Shown here: positions 27,532-36,690 of the stretch, piece by piece | Numbering within the stretch: position 1 is the first letter of the stretch | How the letters are laid out: every line of letters begins with the position of its first letter | DNA from: Planctomycetota bacterium | Lineage (GTDB): Bacteria; Planctomycetota; SZUA-567; H5-PLA8 | Assembly: GCA_045863855.1 (NCBI GenBank) | Contig: BTVV01000002.1 | Coordinates: 32,001 to 96,000 of the forward strand | DNA length: 64,000 nucleotides | Direction: 5' to 3' | The notes under the pieces: generated by a model | Database searches by the model: none | What the model saw: only the letters and a program-made list of their open reading frames with translations | Told to the model about the DNA's origin: nothing | Translations under genes and position numbers: made by a program

Positions 27532-28560
27532 ATGCCCGTCTCGCTGAACCTCGCCGCAGTCCGCGCCGATCTGAACGAGCATCTGGAGAGTCTGCGTGAC
27601 CGCGACGGCGCGTACGGAAGCTACCGTTCCGGGCCGCGCAAGCGTCCCGATCTGTACGCTTCTTGCGACGTAGCCATCGCCCGGGCGGTGATGGGCGACG
27701 ACCTCAAGGCGCTGCCCGAAGCCCAGCGCCTCGAATGGATCGCACACATCAACAGCTTCGCCGCGCACAACTTCGACGGCGGGCCCGACGGCAGCTACTT
27801 CGACAGCATGGGCCATTCCAAGCTCCACGCCAACGGGATGGTCGTCGGCGCGCTGGGCGTGCTGGGCGGGAAGCAGCGCTTTCCGTGCAAGCTCTACGAG
27901 GCCTTCGACACGCCCGAGAAGGCCGGCCCGTGGCTGGAGACGGTCGACTGGGTCAAGCAATGGAGCGCCAGCCACTGGTTCTGGGGCGGGATGCACTGCT
28001 TCTCGTTCAGCAAACGCTGCTCGCCGGCGTGGTTCGAGGCGGTCTTTGCCTGGCTCGATGCGAACCTCGATCCGCAAACTGGCTGGTGGCGCAAAGGCGT
28101 GCCGCATCAGGACCGCCATCAGCCGCTGGGCGGGAGCGTCCACATCGTGCCGATTTACGAGCATCACGGCCGGGTATTCCCTTATCCCGAGCGCGTGGTG
28201 GACAGCGTGCTGGCGTTACAGCTCTCCAACGGCTGCTGGCTCGACCATGCGAAGGGGCCGATGCTTAATTATCTGGAACTGGATGCGCTGTACGCCTATG
28301 CGGTGATGCGCAAGTGGGCGCCGGCTTACCGGCTCGATGAAGTACGCAAGAGCGTGGATCGCTACGCCGACGCGGCGATCGAGTACTGGAACACCCGGCG
28401 CGGCGAATTCTTTAAGCTGCACCCGCACTACGCGCTTGCCGCGGTCGGAGCCTTCGGGCTGCTGCAGCAGCTCGCGCCCGAACGCTTCCCCGACGAGCGG
28501 CGTTGGACGGATATTTTCAGCGACCGGCGGCTGTACGATACGGCGGCGGTGGAAGTGTGA
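27532..28560 (+). CDS. Hypothetical protein, probable prenyltransferase-like alpha/alpha barrel
   Basis: Repeated L..LRDRDGAY, WLDANLDPQTGWW, VLALQLSNGCW helix-turn motifs; host-like codon use. Confidence 0.6.
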   Translation: MPVSLNLAAVRADLNEHLESLRDRDGAYGSYRSGPRKRPDLYASCDVAIARAVMGDDLKALPEAQRLEWIAHINSFAAHNFDGGPDGSYFDSMGHSKLHANGMVVGALGVLGGKQRFPCKLYEAFDTPEKAGPWLETVDWVKQWSASHWFWGGMHCFSFSKRCSPAWFEAVFAWLDANLDPQTGWWRKGVPHQDRHQPLGGSVHIVPIYEHHGRVFPYPERVVDSVLALQLSNGCWLDHAKGPMLNYLELDALYAYAVMRKWAPAYRLDEVRKSVDRYADAAIEYWNTRRGEFFKLHPHYALAAVGAFGLLQQLAPERFPDERRWTDIFSDRRLYDTAAVEV

Positions 28561-28596
28561 GGGAGGCAGCTCTATCCCCAATGGAGCAGATTCGAT

Positions 28597-28989
28597 TCAG
28601 CTACTTTTAGGCGGCCCAGGCTTCTGCGTGGCCAAGGCGAGTGTATTACCCGAGGGGTCCTCGAAGAACGCCATCCACTCTTCTTGACCCGCCTGACCGA
28701 AAAGACCTTGGTCGTCACGATGAATCATGCGTGGCGGATGTGTAAAATTCACGCCTTTGGCAGTCAGCTCCGCGTAGGCGGATTCAATATCGTCTACCCC
28801 GAAATATAGCGTCGCCTTCGGCCCCGAACGCTCCAGCAGGATCCGGACGCCCGATAAATCCAGAAAGGCCAGTCCCGGTGGATCGAACTTCGCGACAAAC
28901 CGGCAACCCAAGGTATCGCGGTAGAAGCTCACGGACTCCTCGAGATTTTTGGCCAGCACCGCAATCTGGCGAATGCGATCGAGATTCAT
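28597..28989 (-). CDS. VOC/glyoxalase family protein
   Basis: IRQIAV..KNLEESVSFYRDTLG, LYFGVDDI, MAFFEDPSGNTLAL. Confidence 0.9.
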   Translation of the reverse strand: MNLDRIRQIAVLAKNLEESVSFYRDTLGCRFVAKFDPPGLAFLDLSGVRILLERSGPKATLYFGVDDIESAYAELTAKGVNFTHPPRMIHRDDQGLFGQAGQEEWMAFFEDPSGNTLALATQKPGPPKSS

Positions 28990-29045
28990 GGAACAGGACC
29001 TTTGGGTAGTGAGAGCGCTTGCCAGAGTCCGGAAGATTCGGAAAC

Positions 29046-29834
29046 CTACTCGCTCGCCTCAACCAGCTTCAACAGCCGGCGCGTCGATTCGCGGTTACCG
29101 TTGTCGCTGAAGGCGTCTTCGACTTTCAATACCTCCAGCGCGCGGCGCGCGGCGGCCTGTTCGGCTTCTTTCTTGCTCTTCCCCATGCCCGGCGGGAAGC
29201 GGCGCTGCCCGATCACCGCGACCACTTCGAACGTCTTGCCGTGGTCAGGGCCGGTGGCGTTGATCATGCGGTAGTGCGGCGTCATGTTCACGTATTTCTG
29301 GGCCAACTGCTGCAGCGTCGACTTGTAATTCGTCTCGCACCCGTTCTCGGCGACGGCGCGCAGTTCGGCGCCCAGGATGCGCAGCACGAAGGCGCGCGCG
29401 GCCTCCAGCCCGCTGTCGAGGTACACGGCGGCGGCCACGGCTTCGAAGAGGTTGGCGTACACGCTGGGCGGAAGCGGTTCGTCGACCGGCAGCCCCTTGC
29501 CCAGCCGCCCCACATCGCGCAGGCCCAGCGATTCCCCGGCACGCGCCAGGCACACGGTGCTTACCACCGCCGACTTTACTTGGGTCAGCTTGCCTTCGTT
29601 CCAGTGCGGGTAGCGCTCGTACAGTGCCTGGCCGACGCAAAGATTCACGACCGCGTCGCCCAGGAACTCCATTCGCTCGTTGTCGGTATGCTCTTCGGCT
29701 GTGCTGGAAGGGTGCGTCAACGCTCGTTCCAGCAACTCAGGGCGTTGGAAGCAATACCCGATCCGGTCTTGGAGGGTGAGGTACGACGTGTCGGAGCAAC
29801 AGTTCGCGTCGGGGGCCTTTTGAAGCTTCGACAT
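29046..29834 (-). CDS. rnc: Ribonuclease III
   Basis: ALTHPS, NERMEFLGDAV, ANLFEA...AVYLDSG; dsRBD NYKSTLQ...GKSKKEAEQAAA. Confidence 0.97.
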   Translation of the reverse strand: MSKLQKAPDANCCSDTSYLTLQDRIGYCFQRPELLERALTHPSSTAEEHTDNERMEFLGDAVVNLCVGQALYERYPHWNEGKLTQVKSAVVSTVCLARAGESLGLRDVGRLGKGLPVDEPLPPSVYANLFEAVAAAVYLDSGLEAARAFVLRILGAELRAVAENGCETNYKSTLQQLAQKYVNMTPHYRMINATGPDHGKTFEVVAVIGQRRFPPGMGKSKKEAEQAAARRALEVLKVEDAFSDNGNRESTRRLLKLVEASE

Positions 29835-29908
29835 AAGCTTGGAAGTATCTCAGGCTAGAGACTTTGGATCACCAAGCCGCGAGCGGCTTCCGGCCCCCAC
29901 TGGATTTC

Positions 29909-29936
29909 AAGATAGCCGCCGTAAAGGCAGAGTCAA
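29909..29936 (-). promoter_or_regulatory. Candidate sigma70 promoter for rnc
   Basis: Minus strand TTGACT, 16 nt spacer, TATCTT. Confidence 0.35.
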
Positions 29937-30073
29937 TGCGGCGGATCAAAACTTAGGGTGCTTTTTACCGCCGCTCAAGCGCTAATATCACCCAAATTTA
30001 CACCTATTATATAGAGTTAGCCGCAACCCCTGCCGACTTGCGTCGTCGTACTATTATGAGAGCAGGCTTAACC

Positions 30074-30928
30074 ATGCGCATTTCATCGTGGATCGCGATC
30101 CTGGTTCTTAGCGCCGCCGCGCGGGTGAACGGCCAGGAGGGCACGCCGTCGCCTACGGGCCCGGTGGTGCAGAACCTCCAAGCGGCACTGAAGGCGGTAA
30201 AATCCGAATTCGGCCCCGGCGAATCGTTGCTCTTGCAGTGGACGCTTACCAATGTGGGACCGAACGCGCAGACGGTGCGGGTGCCGCGCGACCGGCGCGT
30301 TCCGCAGGATGTCCGTTTCGCGGGCAAGCGCGAAGGGCAGGCGCTGGATCTGCGGCGCGCCACGGAACGCGAGACCGAGGACGCCGGATACACCGAACAG
30401 ACCCTCGCGCCGGGGGAAACGGTCAAGCGCTGGATCGATCTGGGTGTGATGAACTGGGCCAACAGCGAATGGCTCAAAGTGCGCGGCCGATATGAAGTTC
30501 AGGTGACCTTCACGCCGGGCGCCGAAGCGGTGTCCAGCGGGTGGGCGCGCTTCGATCTGGCCGCTCCGGGTCGCGCGGTGCTCGATCCGGCCGAGCGCGA
30601 ACGCCAAGCCGGCATTCGCGCGCTGGTGCTTCAGTTGGGGGCGCCCGATTTCCAGAAGCGCGAAGACGCGCAGCGCGAACTGGTGGCGCTGGGCACGGCG
30701 GCCGTGCCTCTGCTGAAGGAAGTACTCGCCGAGGGCCAGGATCCCGAGGTCAGCCTGCGTGCGCGCAAGGTGCTAGAGCTGATCCTGCACGGTCCGAAGC
30801 CCATGCCCCCTCCCGTACTGGTGCCCACGCCGCGCCCACCGATCGTCCGGCCGCTCCCGCCTCCGGTCGAGCCCCAGCCGTTGCCGGTCGAACCTGGCCC
30901 CATTGCGCCCCCCGAAGACGAATTTTAA
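30074..30928 (+). CDS. Secreted protein: Ig-like domain, HEAT-like repeat, Pro-rich tail
   Basis: Signal peptide; beta-rich segment ending GRYEVQVTF; LVLQLGAPDFQKREDAQREL...DPEVSLRA. Confidence 0.7.
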   Translation: MRISSWIAILVLSAAARVNGQEGTPSPTGPVVQNLQAALKAVKSEFGPGESLLLQWTLTNVGPNAQTVRVPRDRRVPQDVRFAGKREGQALDLRRATERETEDAGYTEQTLAPGETVKRWIDLGVMNWANSEWLKVRGRYEVQVTFTPGAEAVSSGWARFDLAAPGRAVLDPAERERQAGIRALVLQLGAPDFQKREDAQRELVALGTAAVPLLKEVLAEGQDPEVSLRARKVLELILHGPKPMPPPVLVPTPRPPIVRPLPPPVEPQPLPVEPGPIAPPEDEF

Positions 30929-31079
30929 CCCGGAATTTACCCCGGTGCCGGCGTCTTCTTGTGGGCAAACTTGAAAATGCTCGAGTGCTTGCTTGTAATA
31001 GAACTGCCTGATTGGTGCCGGTTACTCCATCGTCGCGCCCCCTATGCGTGGCGTAAACCCTATGCAGGAGGATTGCCGT

Positions 31080-32030
31080 ATGTCCATGAGCGAACAAGAA
31101 GCGCTGGCCAGCCTTAAGGTGGTCTTGCACGTGGCGAAGGCCGATGGCGTGATCCAGCCCGAAGAGCGCACGGCGCTCGAGGATTTGCTGACCGTCGTCA
31201 AGCTGCCCGAGGGCGCGACGCTCGACGGCTTGCTCAAAGACGTGATCAAGCTCGACGAAGAACTGGCGAAACTCAACAGCGCGGATGCGAAGAACGGAAC
31301 CTTCCAAAGCGCCTACAGCATGGCGCACGCCGACGGGACCTGCACCAGCAAAGAGCAGGTGGTGCTGGACCACATTCGCGGGCGGCTGGGCATCAGCGAG
31401 GAAAGCTATTCGCTGGCGAACCGTCTGTTCGGGGAGTTCAAGGACACGTTCACGCCGAACAATATCGTGCCGATTCACGATCCCGAACGGCGGCGCACGG
31501 AAGTCAACGCGGACATTCTGAAGTATTCGCTCATTGCCACCGTGCTGGGCGCGAACCCGCTTCCGCTCGTTTCGATCGGCACCGACTTGTTGGTGATCGG
31601 CGTGCAGCTCAAGATGATCCGCGACGTGGGGCAGTACTGGAACCACAAGGTGGACCGCGAGGCGGCCAAGAGCCTGATGCTCGGGGCGCTGGGCAGCACC
31701 GCGGCACGGTTGGCAATCACCAACGTCGTCAAATTCGTGCCGGGCTGGGGCTCGCTGGTCGGCGCTGGCGCTTCGTTCGTCACCACGTGGGGTCTGGGGC
31801 GCGTGGCGGACCAGTATTTCGCCAGCGGCGGGAAGCTGACCGCGGCGGAGCTGCGCTCGGCATTCAAGAATGCCAAGAAGGAAGGCGAGCAGGCTTATAA
31901 AGAGCACAAAGGCGAAGTCGAGGCCGCGCAGAAGAAGCACGCGGGCAAAGTCCAGGAACTCAACGCGCAGCTCAAGGCCGGGCAGATTACCGAGGCCGAG
32001 TACCAGCGGCAGTTGGATCAGTTGGCCTGA
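31080..32030 (+). CDS. TerB-like + DUF697 + SHOCT-like fusion protein
   Basis: VAKADGVIQPEE and MAHADG...E (TerB); PLP..D...QLKMI and KFVPGWGS (DUF697); AGQITEAEYQ (SHOCT); AGGAGG RBS. Confidence 0.75.
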   Translation: MSMSEQEALASLKVVLHVAKADGVIQPEERTALEDLLTVVKLPEGATLDGLLKDVIKLDEELAKLNSADAKNGTFQSAYSMAHADGTCTSKEQVVLDHIRGRLGISEESYSLANRLFGEFKDTFTPNNIVPIHDPERRRTEVNADILKYSLIATVLGANPLPLVSIGTDLLVIGVQLKMIRDVGQYWNHKVDREAAKSLMLGALGSTAARLAITNVVKFVPGWGSLVGAGASFVTTWGLGRVADQYFASGGKLTAAELRSAFKNAKKEGEQAYKEHKGEVEAAQKKHAGKVQELNAQLKAGQITEAEYQRQLDQLA

Positions 32031-32058
32031 AGTCCGAAAGCCAGCAGACAGTCTTTAC

Positions 32059-32093
32059 GGGCCGTGCATTTCGATGCGCGGCCCTTTTTATTT
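32059..32093 (+). terminator. Intrinsic terminator
   Basis: GGGCCGTGCAT-TTCG-ATGCGCGGCCC (11 bp stem, UUCG loop) followed by TTTTTATTT. Confidence 0.8.
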
Positions 32094-32564
32094 GCGCTTC
32101 CGCGCCAGCGGCTTGGCCAGGACCAGGTCGGCGGTCGTATAGCCCAGCTTCTCGTACAGGGCCCGCGCCGCCGCGTTATGCCCGAAGACATGCAGCCGCA
32201 CCTCCCGGCATCCCAGCGCTTGGGCGCGGCGCTCGAAGAGCCGCATCGCCTGCGTACCCAAGCCCCGGCCGCGGAAGGGCGCGAGGATGTAGATCTGGCA
32301 TAGGAAGAGGCTGCGCTTGCCCTGCTTCGCGTACCACAGGTAGCCGACGGTGCGGGCGCCTTCGCGAAGCGTATCGAAGTAATGCCCGTGCGTGCGGGAG
32401 GCATGGGGCAGCATGGTTTGGAGCTGCGTACGGGCGTTGCGGCGGGCTGTCTTGAGAGGCAGGGCATCGGCTCGCGCACGGTCGCGCGGGTAGTCGCGCA
32501 TGATCATCCGCATAAGCGTGCGGTATTCGCCGGGGGTGCAGGGCGTGCGGCGCATGGAGGCCAT
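32088..32564 (-). CDS. GNAT family N-acetyltransferase
   Basis: VGYLWY, FRGRGLG, LHVFGHNAAARALYEKLGY. Confidence 0.9.
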   Translation of the reverse strand: MASMRRTPCTPGEYRTLMRMIMRDYPRDRARADALPLKTARRNARTQLQTMLPHASRTHGHYFDTLREGARTVGYLWYAKQGKRSLFLCQIYILAPFRGRGLGTQAMRLFERRAQALGCREVRLHVFGHNAAARALYEKLGYTTADLVLAKPLARKRK

Positions 32565-32581
32565 CCCTGCGGGCGGTCGCG

Positions 32582-35437
32582 CTATTCTTCCTGGTCGCCG
32601 AGGCCGGCCTTTTTGAGCAGATCGCCCAGCGTCGATCCGCCGCCGTCCTGGCTGCGCAGTCGCTGGCGGACTTCGTCGCGCGAAGCCTCGTCGCCGCGGC
32701 GCGGGCCGTCCTTGCGCATCTTGCGCGGGTCCTTCTTACCCTTGCCGGCCTTGTCGAAGAACTTGGCGAACTCGGGCTTGATGGCCGGCTTCTCGTCGGG
32801 CTTGGCGCGCTTGGGCCGGCCGTCGCGTCCTCCGGGGCCGCCTGGGCCTCCCGGTCCGCTTCTGCCCGCCGGAGCGCCGCGGCGTTCGCCGCGTCCGCCC
32901 TCGCGCGAGGGACCGCCGGCCGGTGCGCCGGGACCGCCGGCCGCGGGTGCTCCGGTTGCCGCCGGCGCGCCTTCGCGCGGCTTGCGCGGACCCCGGGGCC
33001 CGCGCGGACGCGCGCTGCGCTCGCCGCGCCCGCCCGCCGCGGCTTCCGCCGACTCCAGCGCCTTGATCGAGAGGCTGATACGCTTCTTGCCCGTATCGAT
33101 GCCGATCACCTTCACGCGCACGGCTTGACCGACGGTCAAGAGCGCCGCCGGATCGCGCACGTATCGGTGCGAGAGTTCGCTGATGTGGACCAGCCCGTCC
33201 TGATGCACGCCCAGATCGACGAAAGCGCCGAACGCCGTCAGGTTCGTCACGACGCCGTTGAGAACCATTTCGGGCTTCAGGTCGGCGACGTCCTGCACGC
33301 CTTCGTTGCCTTCGGGTAGCGCGAACGTCCCGCGCGGATCGCGGCCGGGGTGGCGCAGTTCCCAGAAGATATCCTTCAACGTGTGCTCGCTGACTTCGGG
33401 CGAGCGGAACTCCTCGAGGCGCAGCTTGTTGACGTGCTCGGCGTTCCCGGCCAGGTCCGCGGCCGCGACCCCCGCCTTCTGCGCCATCGCTTCGACCAGC
33501 TCGTAGCGCTCGGGATGAATGGCCGTGTTGTCCAGCGGATTCTCGCCGCCTTTGATGCGCAGGAAGCCGACGGCTTGCGTGTAGGCGCGCTCGCCCAGCC
33601 CTTCGACGTCTTTCAGCGTGACGCGGCGCTTGAAGCCGCCCAGCACTTCGCGCGCGGCGACGATCTTCGCGGCCTTCTCGGCGTCAAGCCCGGACACGTG
33701 GGCGAGCAGTTCGACGCTGGCTTTGTTCAAGTCCACGCCGACGCGATTCACGCAACTGTCGACTACCTCAACGAGCTTGTGCTTCAGGAACTCCCCGCCC
33801 AGATCGTGCTGGTATTGGCCGACGCCGATGAAGCGGGGGTTGAGTTTCACCAATTCGGCCAGCGGATCCTGCAGGCGCCGGCCGATGGAGACCGCGGCGC
33901 GCGCGGCCAGTTCCAGCTTCGGAAACTCTTGCTTCGCTTCTTTCGAGGAGCTGAACGCGGCGGCGCCGGCCTCGTTGACCAGCACGCGTCCGACGCGGCG
34001 CGGCAGCTCGCCCGAGATCAGCACTTCGCGCACGAAGGCGTCAGCCGCCCGGCCGCTGCTGCCGTTCCCGATGGCGATCACTTCCACCGTATGCTCGGTG
34101 AGCATGCGAATCAGGGTCGCGCGCGCTTTGATGCGCGGGTCTTCCACGGGTGTGGCGATTTCGGCCTTCGGCGCGGATTCGGCGGCCGTGGGCGTCTCGG
34201 AGGACGCCGGAGCCGTTTCGAGCTCGGCGGCTGGCGCGGGAGCCCCTTCTAAAGGTGCGGGCGCTTCGGCGGGAACCGCGGCGCTGCCCGTTTCGGCCGG
34301 CGCGGCGGTTTCCGCTTGGGCGGTTTCGGCGATCGGCTTCGATTCGGTCTTCTTCTTCGGCTTGGGCTGCGGCTGTTCGCGGCGCAGGTACACCTTTTCC
34401 TGCGTGACGACGGCGCCGGCTTCGTCGAGGAGCACCAGATGGACGGCTCCGGCCCGCGCGGGGCCCACCGCCAGCACGCGGCGGTTCCCGAAGGGAGCCT
34501 GGAGCAGCAGCGCGCGAAGGTTGCGCCCGAAGAGCTCCGCCGCGGCCTGTTCGGCGCGCTGGCGCAGCTCGCGGCGCAGTTCTTTTTCCAAGGCCGGCAG
34601 GAGAATCCGGTCGAGACACGTGCGCAACGCTTCTTCCAGCGCCGGCGCGAAGATCGTCCCGGGCTTGAGTTCCAGCTTGGCCTGCACCAGCTCCTGGAGC
34701 TTCTCGCGGGGATACTCCAGCGCGACCTTGAGCTTCTTTTCGCTTTCGCCGCGCAGGACCGCCAACACGCGGTGCGAGGGCAGCTTGCCGACGGGTTCGC
34801 GGAACGCGGAGAAGTTCGCGTACTTGGTCTTGGCCAGATCGACGCCTTCACGCGGACCGGCGGCGAGGTGCGCTTCCTCGGCCAGGAGCTTGCGGGCGGC
34901 GCCGCGAATTTCGGGATCGTAGGCCAGCCGTTCGGCCACCAGGGCTTGGGCGCCGGCCACGGCCTGCGCGGTTTCCTTTACTTCCTTTTCGGCATTGAGA
35001 TACGGCGCGGCCAGCTCGTCGAGCGTGGCGGCCTGCGCTTCCTGCTTGAGGAAGATCTCGGCCAGCGGAACGAGGTTCTGATCGCGCGCGCGGTCCGCGG
35101 GATTCTTTTTGGTGCGCGGGCTGTAGGGGAGGTACAGGTCTTCCAGGGCCGGCCGGTTGGGCGCGGCGCTGATCTTCGTGCGCAGGTCGTCGGTCAGTTG
35201 CCCGCCGGCCTGCATCGAATTGAGAATCACCTGCCGGCGCGTCTCGAGTTCGGTGACGGCTTGGAAGCGGTCGGCGATGACCTGGACTTTGGTCTCGCTG
35301 AGGTTGCCGGTCTGCTCTTTACGGTAGCGCGCCACGAAGGGCACGGCGTAACCGTCCTTGAGCAGATCCAGCGTCCCGGAGACTTGCTCGGGCTGAATCT
35401 TCAAGTCCTGGGCCAGCGATTCAACAAGGGTGCTCAT
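32582..35437 (-). CDS. tex: Tex-family RNA-binding transcription accessory protein with internal and C-terminal disordered insertions
   Basis: VPFVARYRKEQTG, LEDLYLPY, AVSIGRRLQDPLAELVK, IGVGQYQH, IHPE.Y, S1 domain FGAFVDLGVHQDGLVHISE. Confidence 0.93.
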   Translation of the reverse strand: MSTLVESLAQDLKIQPEQVSGTLDLLKDGYAVPFVARYRKEQTGNLSETKVQVIADRFQAVTELETRRQVILNSMQAGGQLTDDLRTKISAAPNRPALEDLYLPYSPRTKKNPADRARDQNLVPLAEIFLKQEAQAATLDELAAPYLNAEKEVKETAQAVAGAQALVAERLAYDPEIRGAARKLLAEEAHLAAGPREGVDLAKTKYANFSAFREPVGKLPSHRVLAVLRGESEKKLKVALEYPREKLQELVQAKLELKPGTIFAPALEEALRTCLDRILLPALEKELRRELRQRAEQAAAELFGRNLRALLLQAPFGNRRVLAVGPARAGAVHLVLLDEAGAVVTQEKVYLRREQPQPKPKKKTESKPIAETAQAETAAPAETGSAAVPAEAPAPLEGAPAPAAELETAPASSETPTAAESAPKAEIATPVEDPRIKARATLIRMLTEHTVEVIAIGNGSSGRAADAFVREVLISGELPRRVGRVLVNEAGAAAFSSSKEAKQEFPKLELAARAAVSIGRRLQDPLAELVKLNPRFIGVGQYQHDLGGEFLKHKLVEVVDSCVNRVGVDLNKASVELLAHVSGLDAEKAAKIVAAREVLGGFKRRVTLKDVEGLGERAYTQAVGFLRIKGGENPLDNTAIHPERYELVEAMAQKAGVAAADLAGNAEHVNKLRLEEFRSPEVSEHTLKDIFWELRHPGRDPRGTFALPEGNEGVQDVADLKPEMVLNGVVTNLTAFGAFVDLGVHQDGLVHISELSHRYVRDPAALLTVGQAVRVKVIGIDTGKKRISLSIKALESAEAAAGGRGERSARPRGPRGPRKPREGAPAATGAPAAGGPGAPAGGPSREGGRGERRGAPAGRSGPGGPGGPGGRDGRPKRAKPDEKPAIKPEFAKFFDKAGKGKKDPRKMRKDGPRRGDEASRDEVRQRLRSQDGGGSTLGDLLKKAGLGDQEE

Positions 35438-35640
35438 GTTGGCAACCTGCACGTTAGGGGGTGTCGTGTAGCAGCGTGCGGGTACTGTACCCAACGAGAG
35501 CGGGTTGAACAGCACACAATCTGAGGACGGGACGGCATTATAGCCGCTTCACCGGCGGCATCTTCCCTTTGATCGCATGGTTGATCGATCACTACGGAGT
35601 ATCGTCAATTAAATGAAATGAACCCGGAACGGTATTCTCC

Positions 35641-36546
35641 TCACCCCTCCAGCTTGAAGCCCTGACGCTTTGCCAAGGCGCGCAGCCAGTCGGCGCATTC
35701 GGCGTAGCGCTGGCCGAGGTTTTCCAAACTGCCCAGGTCGATGCCCACGGGGCCGTCGTAGCCTTGGCGGGCCAGTTCCGCGAAGAGCGCCTCGAAATCC
35801 ACGGTGCCTTGGCCGGGCGGGAGATGGCGATTGTCGGTCCCGTCGTTGTCCGCCACGTGCAGGCCCGCGATGCGGCCTTCGAGCTTGCGCGCCGAAAGCG
35901 GGAGGAGTTCTTTCTGCGCCTGCAGGTGTGCGCAGTCGAAATTGGCTTTGAAGTTCGGCCGGCCGACGTGATCCATCAGGCGCAGCATCGAATCGGTCCC
36001 GCTGATCATTTCGCCCACGCGCGGCTCGATGATCAGGTCCAGCCCGGCGTCGGCGGCCAGATCGGCGCACCGCCGCACACTCTCGGCCAGCGCGTCCCAT
36101 TGCCGCGCCCACGAAAAGCCCTCGGGTACGCGGATCCGGTATTCCTCTTTGAACTTGATCGCGCCGACGTAAGGCTGGGCGCCCAGGAACTCGACCGGCG
36201 GGGTGAAGCTGGCGATGTGGACCGTCCGCGCGCCCAGGTACGCCGCCGTCTCGACGCCCAGGCGGAAGATGCCGTATGCGGCTTCGCGTTCCTCGGGGTT
36301 CTGGCTGACCAGCGGCCGCAGGACCGGGCAGAAGTTCACGCATTGCATCTCGCGGCGCGCGAGGGCCTCCTTGAAGCGTTCGCGCGCGCCGTGCATGGCG
36401 CGGATGTGGTCTTCGCCGACGCCCTCCAGCTCGATGTAGCGAAAGCCGAGCGCCTTCAGTTCGTCCACGGCCTTCAGGCCGTCGTCGAGCGTGGGCGGAT
36501 AGCCGTAGCGGTCGATCGTGTAGAGGTAGCAGGCGGTCAGCAGCAT
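35641..36546 (-). CDS. Sugar phosphate isomerase/epimerase (xylose isomerase-like TIM barrel)
   Basis: GFRYIEL, IIEP, NFDCAH, LHVADNDG..NRHLPPGQGTVDF. Confidence 0.85.
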   Translation of the reverse strand: MLLTACYLYTIDRYGYPPTLDDGLKAVDELKALGFRYIELEGVGEDHIRAMHGARERFKEALARREMQCVNFCPVLRPLVSQNPEEREAAYGIFRLGVETAAYLGARTVHIASFTPPVEFLGAQPYVGAIKFKEEYRIRVPEGFSWARQWDALAESVRRCADLAADAGLDLIIEPRVGEMISGTDSMLRLMDHVGRPNFKANFDCAHLQAQKELLPLSARKLEGRIAGLHVADNDGTDNRHLPPGQGTVDFEALFAELARQGYDGPVGIDLGSLENLGQRYAECADWLRALAKRQGFKLEG

Positions 36547-36690
36547 GGTTGGGCTCCTTGGAGTTGGGCGCGTCGGTCTTGCGCCTGCTTAGCGTGCGTC
36601 CCAAAACGTCTCGCGTCCCGGCTTTAGGACGCACTCTTACCTATACCCGCTCCGCTATATGCCGATCCGATGATTGACTAGGCCGTTTCG

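Noticed and set aside
29875..29890. RNase III autoregulatory stem in the rnc leader
   Set aside because: Only a 6-7 bp hairpin (AAGCCGCGAGCGGCTT), too short to call an RNase III substrate.
34140..34385. Intein in tex (dnaB also checked)
   Set aside because: No Cys/Ser start with His-Asn end; the insertion is simple Ala/Pro/Glu sequence, and dnaB has normal length.
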